Origin: Patescibacteria group bacterium
GTDB taxonomy: Bacteria; Patescibacteriota; Minisyncoccia; Phycocordibacterales; Phycocordibacteraceae
Direction of reading: 5' to 3'
DNA: 64,000 nt
NCBI GenBank assembly: GCA_040390125.1
Contig: JAZJYZ010000001.1
Location: 6,428 to 70,427 of the forward strand
In this document: positions 57,958 to 64,000 of the stretch, one piece after another
How positions within the stretch are numbered: the first letter of the stretch is position 1
How the letters are laid out: every line of letters starts with the position of its first letter
Translations under genes and position numbers: made by a program
Notes under the pieces: model-generated
Seen by the model: only the letters and a program-made list of their open reading frames with translations
Told to the model about the DNA's origin: nothing
Databases searched by the model: none

Positions 57958-58974
57958 TTAAATTGCTTCTCTATTTTCAGAAAAATAAATCTGCCGTGCA
58001 GGAATCCCAAACGCTTTCAGGCGTGTGACAAGAAAACGCTTCATTTCTTTTTCTCCTTTAAATTTCACAACTTTGCCCGCCATTAATACCGCCCAGTGCC
58101 CCACGTCACGCATTACATCAGTTTTATTGAAAACTAAATGCGTAACACCGTTCATGCGCACAGCTTGCTCTATTAAATCAACGTTCATCCAATTGCACTG
58201 ACGAGGTCTGCCGGTGGTAGAGCCATACTCTTCCCCTACTCGTCGTAGCTCTTCAAAGACAGGATTTTTTGGTTCAAATTTCTTCGTACCAACATACGTC
58301 TCGTACATTTTTGCAACACCCCATACATGACGAACAGACTGCGGTGGCAAACCATTTAACAGAGCGCCTGCAACGGTGCAGTGGCTTGAGGTGACGAATG
58401 GATAATCTCCCCAATCAATATCAAGACCAAAACCTTGCGCCCCCTCTCCTAAAATCACCACATTTTTCTTGCCATAAAATTCATCGTACAAATCTATGAG
58501 GTAGGGCTTCAATGCCTTTACATGTTCCGCACGCACGCCAGTGCGTGCGTACTTATCACGGTACGCTGGGCCATTCCCTCTTTTCGTTGTACCAATAGCA
58601 ACATCAACTGAATCTTCGTTCCTATGTGCTGAGGTAATAACGTGTGTGTTTTTCGCAACAAAGAGCTTTCCTTTAGTCTTGATGCCTCCCGCTTCAAGCA
58701 TTTTTATTTCTTTCAGAAACTGAATCGGATCAATGACACATCCCGGACCTATGATGGACTTAACGCCCCAGAAAACGCCCGCAGGAACATGATGGGTGAC
58801 AAACTTCTTACCTTTATGAAAAATGGTGTGTCCCGCATTACAACCTCCGTTGTAACGAAGTACATGCGTATATTTTTTCGTCTTACACAAAAAATGAGCT
58901 ACTTTGCCCTTTCCCGAATCTCCATATTGCAAGTCAACGATAATGTCAGTGTCCACGTTGCAAAATGATATCAC
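57958..58974 (-). CDS. purA: Adenylosuccinate synthetase (short, archaeal-like 338-aa form)
   Basis: GTP-binding P-loop QYGDSGKGK, GCNAGHT and GTTKRGNGPAY motifs. GTG start. About 90 aa shorter than the bacterial long form. Confidence 0.88.
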   Translation of the reverse strand: MISFCNVDTDIIVDLQYGDSGKGKVAHFLCKTKKYTHVLRYNGGCNAGHTIFHKGKKFVTHHVPAGVFWGVKSIIGPGCVIDPIQFLKEIKMLEAGGIKTKGKLFVAKNTHVITSAHRNEDSVDVAIGTTKRGNGPAYRDKYARTGVRAEHVKALKPYLIDLYDEFYGKKNVVILGEGAQGFGLDIDWGDYPFVTSSHCTVAGALLNGLPPQSVRHVWGVAKMYETYVGTKKFEPKNPVFEELRRVGEEYGSTTGRPRQCNWMNVDLIEQAVRMNGVTHLVFNKTDVMRDVGHWAVLMAGKVVKFKGEKEMKRFLVTRLKAFGIPARQIYFSENREAI

Positions 58975-59004
58975 CGTTTTATTGATAGTGCGAATTAAAG
59001 AGCC

Positions 59005-59161
59005 TGTCTAAAAACCGGGGTGTCCAAGCCGAGATGCATGTTTCCGCAGGCGAGACATCGAGTCGGAATCCGAAATGTACTGCAAGTACATAGAGGATGA
59101 GACGAGTGTGTCGTAGCCCGGAGGCATGCGTCGGAGGCAGGACGGGGTTTTTAGATAGGCT
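59005..59161 (-). ncRNA. Structured leader/intergenic element upstream of purA (unknown class)
   Basis: About 150 nt with several hairpins (GTACTTGCAGTAC, ACGACACACTCGT). Ends in TCTCGGCTTGGACACCCCGGTTTTT, an 18-nt block identical to one upstream of argS. No family assignment possible by eye. Confidence 0.3.
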
Positions 59162-60253
59162 CTACTCCAGTGTTTTTTGAATTACATCCACGGGAGTGGC
59201 AACCCGGACCACGAGCAATTCCACTCGTCCAATAACACCACCCTGAGGAGTTTCTACCGAAACACGCCAATGACCAGGCACCGGGTTCTCCATGAACGAG
59301 TAGCCTCGATATCCGTTAGGTCGTCCGCCAAGAATTGGGAAACGCACCGTGTTCTTCGAGATCCATTCCCCGCTGTCCTCGTCGAACATTTCCCACCTAT
59401 GCACAATGTTGGCACCGAAGCGTGCCGGAGCAAAAACAGACGTATACACATAAGCGGACTCACCTTCACCGAGATGAAGTGGCACGCCCCCAATATCGAG
59501 GAATCGCTCGTACCAGGTGCGCACTTCATCCAGAACAACATACGTGTCTCCTACCTTTTCAACTGAATGGTAGACATCGATATTTTTGGCCGAAAGCGGA
59601 ATGGGTGGTATGAGGTGAGTCATATACAGCGCCACAACCAGCACACACATGCCAAGCGCTCCGCCGATAATAGAGCGTCCATTATCTTTAAACGCAGTGG
59701 GTGCAAAAAATTTCCCAGCGAGAAAAAATAAAATAAAAACTAGAATTGAGACCCCGATGCTCGAAAGAAACGTGAGAAGCCCTAGAGAGCCAAAGGCAAT
59801 CGGGACTGCAAGTGCGAAGAAGAGCACGAGGTTGAAGAAAAAAAGTGTCGTCTGAAAAGAGGTACGGTACTTTTCAAAAAAGGATGTCTCGTTGCTGAGG
59901 GCTGCGAGCGCCACAATGATGAGGAACGGCCAACTTTGAGAAAAAGAACCGCTTGAGAAATACAATACAAGAAACGCTGACAGTAAATTTCCTGTCACGT
60001 ACTGATGAACAATTGGAAGCCACGTGCGCACGTGCTTAGTAATCCCCTTTGCATCAGTGCGTACTGGTCCAGAAAGAATGAGTATTGAACCTGCAACAAT
60101 GAGAAGATAGCCCGTGAGGATTATTTGACTGATAGTCAGGTTAATAGTTCGAAACGTGATGATGTCAACAAAAAATCCTGCAAAAAATGCCACCGTTGCA
60201 ACGTGACGACGATGTCGAAATAGAAAGTCCGTAACAGGCTTTATGGTTTGCAT
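59162..60253 (-). CDS. Hypothetical polytopic membrane protein with C-terminal soluble domain
   Basis: About 6 TM helices followed by ~150-aa hydrophilic domain rich in Gly/Arg/Trp. No family recognised. Confidence 0.5.
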   Translation of the reverse strand: MQTIKPVTDFLFRHRRHVATVAFFAGFFVDIITFRTINLTISQIILTGYLLIVAGSILILSGPVRTDAKGITKHVRTWLPIVHQYVTGNLLSAFLVLYFSSGSFSQSWPFLIIVALAALSNETSFFEKYRTSFQTTLFFFNLVLFFALAVPIAFGSLGLLTFLSSIGVSILVFILFFLAGKFFAPTAFKDNGRSIIGGALGMCVLVVALYMTHLIPPIPLSAKNIDVYHSVEKVGDTYVVLDEVRTWYERFLDIGGVPLHLGEGESAYVYTSVFAPARFGANIVHRWEMFDEDSGEWISKNTVRFPILGGRPNGYRGYSFMENPVPGHWRVSVETPQGGVIGRVELLVVRVATPVDVIQKTLE

Positions 60254-60460
60254 GCTCTTAAATGCAGGATATCAGATTACACAAATCAACACATGCAAGC
60301 ATTCCGTACTCGCTTCACACAAATCACATCACTGTAGAGCTACCCTGGAGAAGGATCGTAAGAATTCATCAGATTGTACGGCTTATATGAGTGGGCTCGA
60401 TGTCGCCTCGTCATCCCTACACGTACAAATCAATCTCTCTTAATTCTAAATACAAACACT

Positions 60461-60607
60461 ATGGCAAAAATATTAAATACACTTCAGCGCAATATAATTG
60501 TGGTTGCAACAGTATTCACACTTTCACTTATCGGCTTACTATTTGCACTTCCGCTTTCCGTTCACGCTACGTCTCTTACTGCACACATGAGTCCTGAAGT
60601 GCGTTAG
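60461..60607 (+). CDS. Possible small membrane/secreted peptide (48 aa)
   Basis: ATG 60461. One hydrophobic helix (IIVVATVFTLSLIGLLFALPLSVHA). Followed by a strong terminator at 60678..60708. Confidence 0.3.
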   Translation: MAKILNTLQRNIIVVATVFTLSLIGLLFALPLSVHATSLTAHMSPEVR

Positions 60608-60677
60608 TGTGGCCTGGCCTAACACATTCACTACAAAGCAATAAGTAACGTGAATTACTAAGTGGTGTAGTGAATAG

Positions 60678-60708
60678 AAAACCCCCGCCAACTTGGCGGG
60701 GGTTTTTA
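60678..60708. terminator. Hairpin terminator (AAAACCCCCGCC-AACTT-GGCGGGGGTTTTT)
   Basis: Perfect stem. Same stem sequence as the terminator at 15417..15450. Confidence 0.65.
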
Positions 60709-60798
60709 TTTGGGTGACTTAGTGGATGCTGTTGGAACTGCGGTTAGAGGTCAAAAGAAAATTTCTGAGTGGACACTACAAACTCGAAAGTAAAATAC

Positions 60799-61239
60799 TT
60801 ACGGTACCCAAAAACGCTTAGGTGGCTCTGGGGACGGTTTTGTGAATGAAATCTCGAGCATTCCCTTGAGCTTATATTTGTGCTCGCGATGGATATCCCC
60901 TCGTGAAACAAACCCGTTCCAAACGTGAAAACCTAAAGAACTAAAGTATGCATACACGGCTGACAACCTCTCTGCTCGTTGGGCCGCAGAGTACCAGTGT
61001 GTCTCCGCATCGCTAAACGGAAAGTCAGGGGCTAACGCAAATCGCACACTCTCTTCCCCGGCTTCAGCTGCTTTTTGTAATGCAGCTTCAATGTTTTGAA
61101 TTAAAGGTACACTAGCATCAATAGCTTTAATGAGTGGCTCAATCTTAATTTCTGAATTTCTTCTTTCGCTCTCCGTCGCATTTTCTAAATTCCTTTTATT
61201 AACCTCCGATGAAATTCTTCTTAAATCTTCTGGACCCAT
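60799..61239 (-). CDS. Hypothetical protein (146 aa)
   Basis: No recognisable family. Charged N-terminal half and aromatic-rich C-terminal half. Confidence 0.4.
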   Translation of the reverse strand: MGPEDLRRISSEVNKRNLENATESERRNSEIKIEPLIKAIDASVPLIQNIEAALQKAAEAGEESVRFALAPDFPFSDAETHWYSAAQRAERLSAVYAYFSSLGFHVWNGFVSRGDIHREHKYKLKGMLEISFTKPSPEPPKRFWVP

Positions 61240-61496
61240 ACAACAAGCACAATATGTCCAGGATACTCTTTATGTCAATGGGGCTTCAATTTTGAATTGG
61301 CTACAGGGAATCGGTCACGAGTCACTAAGCATTTTACTTCTTTTCTCGCTTACACTCGACAGTGCGACGAGGCGTCGAATACTAAGTGCTCTCGAATCCT
61401 CTCGACACGATTTGCTAATCGCCCGCCTCAGCGCTTTCTCCTGCCCCGCAGGCACGCTTCCGGCTTTCGATTCCCTGTAGAACACAATGTGTTAAA

Positions 61497-61527
61497 AATT
61501 ATCCCGTCTTTGAGACGGGATAATTTT
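61497..61527. terminator. Hairpin terminator (ATCCCGTCTTTGAGACGGGAT + T-run)
   Basis: Stem-loop followed by AATTTT, directly 3' of tRNA-His on the minus strand. Confidence 0.55.
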
Positions 61528-61533
61528 CACCAA

Positions 61534-61607
61534 GGGTGACTACAGGGAATCGAACCCTGATCGAGAGCTCCACAAGCTCCAGTGTTAACCGTTACACCAT
61601 AGCCACC
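61534..61607 (-). tRNA. tRNA-His (anticodon GUG)
   Basis: Reverse complement GGTGGCTATGGTGTAACGGTTAACACTGGAGCTTGTGGAGCTCTCGATCAGGGTTCGATTCCCTGTAGTCACCC folds as a cloverleaf. 7-bp acceptor, anticodon loop UUGUGGA, T-loop GGTTCGATTCC, discriminator C. CCA not encoded. Confidence 0.8.
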
Positions 61608-61664
61608 ATATACTCCACTTCCTTCGCCTTGTGTTTACAGTGAGCGAGTAAAACGAGTCGAAGT

Positions 61665-61748
61665 GTGCCCAGGAGAGGACTCGAACCTCCACGCCCTTGC
61701 GGGCTTCACCACCTCAAGGTGAAATGTCTACCAGTTTCAACACCTGGG
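61665..61748 (-). tRNA. tRNA-Leu (anticodon GAG), long variable arm
   Basis: Reverse complement GCCCAGGTGTTGAAACTGGTAGACATTTCACCTTGAGGTGGTGAAGCCCGCAAGGGCGTGGAGGTTCGAGTCCTCTCCTGGGCA. Anticodon loop UUGAGGU. Class II variable stem-loop GCCCGCAAGGGC. Confidence 0.8.
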
Positions 61749-61799
61749 CAGGTTTTTATATTCTAAGTACTTTTAAGTCTTTTGCAAAGGACGCAAGAC

Positions 61800-62396
61800 T
61801 TACGCCGCCTCTTTTGCAGCTTCTTTTTCTTCTGCTGTCACTGGCTCTCCGACTTCAATTGGTGCGTTGTCATTTGCTGCTTCTGTTTCGGCAACTGCTT
61901 GCTCTGCTTTAATTGCTTCTTCTGCGGCTGCATTTTCAGCGGCTTTCGCTTCGGCGAGAGAAGCTACTTCGGCTGCTTCTCGATCGCTTCCTGTAGTTAG
62001 TGAAACAATACTCATCTTGCGAAGCTGGCGACGCATTTCTCGAGAAACCTTGTCACGGATGTAGTAGAGTTTCGCACGACGCACTTTCGAACGACGTACA
62101 ATATCTATCTTATCGATCATTGGGGAATAGAGGGGGAAAATCTTCTCAACGCCCACGCCAGAGAGCGTGGCACGAACCGTAAACGTAGCACCAGCCTCAG
62201 TACCGTGCTTTCGTGCAAGTACGAGCCCTTCGTACATCTGAATGCGAGTTTTGCCTTTTTCCTGGATCTTCTGATGCACACGCACCACGTCGCCAGAGCG
62301 AATATCAAGCTTTTTACGCTCTTCCACGTTCACCGAAGAAATAGTTTTGAGGTCAATTGCTACTACCATAGTGACGAAAAATAACACGGTTTGCAT
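61800..62396 (-). CDS. rplS: 50S ribosomal protein L19 with Ala/Glu-rich C-terminal extension
   Basis: Core SGDVVRVHQKIQEKGKTRIQMYEGLVLARKHG..FTVR..SGVGVEKIFPLYSPMIDKIDIVRRSKVRRAKLYY matches L19. An ~80-aa low-complexity acidic tail follows. Confidence 0.85.
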   Translation of the reverse strand: MQTVLFFVTMVVAIDLKTISSVNVEERKKLDIRSGDVVRVHQKIQEKGKTRIQMYEGLVLARKHGTEAGATFTVRATLSGVGVEKIFPLYSPMIDKIDIVRRSKVRRAKLYYIRDKVSREMRRQLRKMSIVSLTTGSDREAAEVASLAEAKAAENAAAEEAIKAEQAVAETEAANDNAPIEVGEPVTAEEKEAAKEAA

Positions 62397-62457
62397 CCCT
62401 ACGCAAACCGAGCTGAGAGCTTTGAGCGTAGAGGGAGGAAATTAAAAGCTCTGCCCT

Positions 62458-63189
62458 CTACGCTCTGCCCTCTACGCTATTTAAAATCTTTTCCGCTCTA
62501 AGAAAATCTTCCGGCAGGGGTGCCTCAAATATGGACTTCTTCCCATTCGGTAATGCAAGAGAAAGCGAGAGGGCGTGGAGTGCAAGCCGTTCAAACCCAA
62601 GGGCACTCTCACGCCGTGGGGCATAGAGGGTGTCATTCACGATTGGATGTTGGAGTGCCTTGAAGTGCACACGAATCTGGTGCATGCGTCCGGTTTTCGG
62701 TTTCGCTTCCACGTATGAAAAACCTCCTGCTACCATGAGACGTGTCCATGCGGTAACTGCATCTCGAAGAGGCTCTTTAGCACCCGGCTCAGCAGAACGA
62801 CGTCTGAAGTCTGTTTTTGAACGCCCAATAGGCAGTGAGATAGTCCCTCCGCCTTCTTTCAGCTCTCCCCACAAAAATGCACGGTATGTTTTTTCAGCAT
62901 GACGCCCCTTGAACTGCTCTTTCAAGAAAAGAAACGCCTCTTGATTCTTTGCAAGAATAATCACTCCTGATGTTTGCTTATCAAGCCTGTGCACTATGCC
63001 CGGCCTATCAACAACAACACCGCTCGTAAGCACCAACGGCTCCCCTACTCCTACCGCCTCCGGCACACGGGAAACAAACCAATCAGCGAGCGTCTCTTCT
63101 TCTCGTTTACCATCTTTATGCACGGACATACCTGCAGGTTTGTTGACCACCAGCACATCGTCATCTTCAAAAATTATTTCGGGCATCAT
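62458..63189 (-). CDS. RluA-family pseudouridine synthase
   Basis: Catalytic motif HRLDKQTSGVIILAKN (the Asp in HRLD), and VVNKPAGM near the N-terminus. Confidence 0.85.
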   Translation of the reverse strand: MMPEIIFEDDDVLVVNKPAGMSVHKDGKREEETLADWFVSRVPEAVGVGEPLVLTSGVVVDRPGIVHRLDKQTSGVIILAKNQEAFLFLKEQFKGRHAEKTYRAFLWGELKEGGGTISLPIGRSKTDFRRRSAEPGAKEPLRDAVTAWTRLMVAGGFSYVEAKPKTGRMHQIRVHFKALQHPIVNDTLYAPRRESALGFERLALHALSLSLALPNGKKSIFEAPLPEDFLRAEKILNSVEGRA

Positions 63190-63195
63190 GAGTCC

Positions 63196-63879
63196 TCAAA
63201 CGCCACGTCGTTGTTCTCGGAGAGAATATTCTGCGAGGATTGAATCAAATTCAGCCTTCTCAAAAGCAGGCCATTTAGTGTCCGTAAAGAAAAGTTCGCT
63301 GTAGACAGATTGCCAGGTGAGGAAATTAGAAAGGCGTTTATCGCCTCCTGTTCGAATAATCAAATCTGGATCGCTAAATTCACCTCCCCAAAGTGCTTGC
63401 CGAAATGAGGCTTCATCTACCTGTTCAACTTTTTGAGCTAAAAGTGTATTCACTCCTCTAAGAATCTCTGCACGTCCTCCATAAGATAATGCAATGATGA
63501 GCGTACCTTTTGTGCCCTCTTTGGTTCGCACCTCAACTTCATCCATTTTTTTCTGCAAACTCACAGGTAAACGTTCACGTTGTCCTATGAATTTTACCCG
63601 GGCACCTTTCTTTACAATGTCATCTACATCTTTACCGAACGTCATCTCAAAAAGGTTCATCAGGTAATTAACCTCTTCTGGACTACGATTCCAATTTTCT
63701 GTAGAGAATGCGTATAAAATTAATTCTTTAATTCCTGCCTCCTGCACCCAAGAAACTAAATCTTTCACTTTATCTAAGCCCCGTCGATGCCCCTCAAGAC
63801 TTGGCAGTCCTTGCTCTTTCGCCCACCTGCGATTGCCATCCATGATGATGCCAATTGATTTAATAGAAATGGAATTCAT
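63196..63879 (-). CDS. uppS: Undecaprenyl pyrophosphate synthase (cis-prenyltransferase)
   Basis: N-terminal IMDGNRRWA motif. LILYAFSTENWNR and the C-terminal RTGGDKRLSNFLTWQ motifs. Confidence 0.9.
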   Translation of the reverse strand: MNSISIKSIGIIMDGNRRWAKEQGLPSLEGHRRGLDKVKDLVSWVQEAGIKELILYAFSTENWNRSPEEVNYLMNLFEMTFGKDVDDIVKKGARVKFIGQRERLPVSLQKKMDEVEVRTKEGTKGTLIIALSYGGRAEILRGVNTLLAQKVEQVDEASFRQALWGGEFSDPDLIIRTGGDKRLSNFLTWQSVYSELFFTDTKWPAFEKAEFDSILAEYSLREQRRGV

Positions 63880-64000
63880 GATTCAAGATTCAAGAGTACC
63901 AGAGATATCACCCAGAGAAACCTTCTCTGGGTGATATTGGTTTCCTACCCCTTAAGGATACGATACATCGATACTAATAGAAGCGTTGCAGAACCCCAAA

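Noticed and set aside
58975-59161. Purine/ZTP riboswitch upstream of purA
   Set aside because: The element is structured, but neither the purine riboswitch junction motifs nor the ZTP (pfl) consensus GGGUCGUGAC...CCGGGCGGA could be located. Reported only as an unclassified leader element.

Overview
This window looks like a compact, gene-dense bacterial genome with Candidate-Phyla-Radiation (Parcubacteria/OD1-like) hallmarks. About 70 CDS are mostly housekeeping: four aminoacyl-tRNA synthetases (MetRS, GlyRS, IleRS, ArgRS), RecA, FtsK, RodA/FtsW, RecO, EF-P, SSB and ribosomal proteins L7/L12, L10, L11, L19, S6 and S18. Also present are secE-nusG, a thymidylate cluster (tmk/thyA/dcd/folA), glyA, purA, idi, uppS, an ECF sigma/anti-sigma pair, a Zur-ZIP module, and cell-envelope sugar-transfer genes. 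Two giant Thr/Ser-rich surface proteins are encoded. A 23S-5S rRNA pair sits on the minus strand without an adjacent 16S gene, and the 23S carries a ~410-nt intervening sequence at the I-CreI (L2593) site plus a second small insertion near its 5' end. tRNA-His and tRNA-Leu(GAG) are also on the minus strand. The most unusual observations follow.
(1) The IleRS gene carries a complete histidine-phosphatase (PGAM-type) domain inserted in-frame between the catalytic core and the anticodon-binding region.
(2) A genome-wide family of AGCT-based heptamer tandem repeats and GA-rich hairpin elements occupies nearly every intergenic spacer. It is also found in-frame inside ileS, argS and a glycosyltransferase, and inside the rRNA insertions.
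(3) The canonical rplKAJL context has no rplA: secE-nusG-rplK ends without L1, and rplJ-rplL is relocated with its own leader. The rpsF-ssb-rpsR cluster likewise lacks rplI.
(4) Copies of the tRNA-His 3' fragment lie next to the tRNA gene, suggesting att-site remnants.
(5) An 850-bp ORF-free region and several structured leader or 3'-UTR elements may encode RNAs.
No CRISPR array, transposase or integrase was seen.
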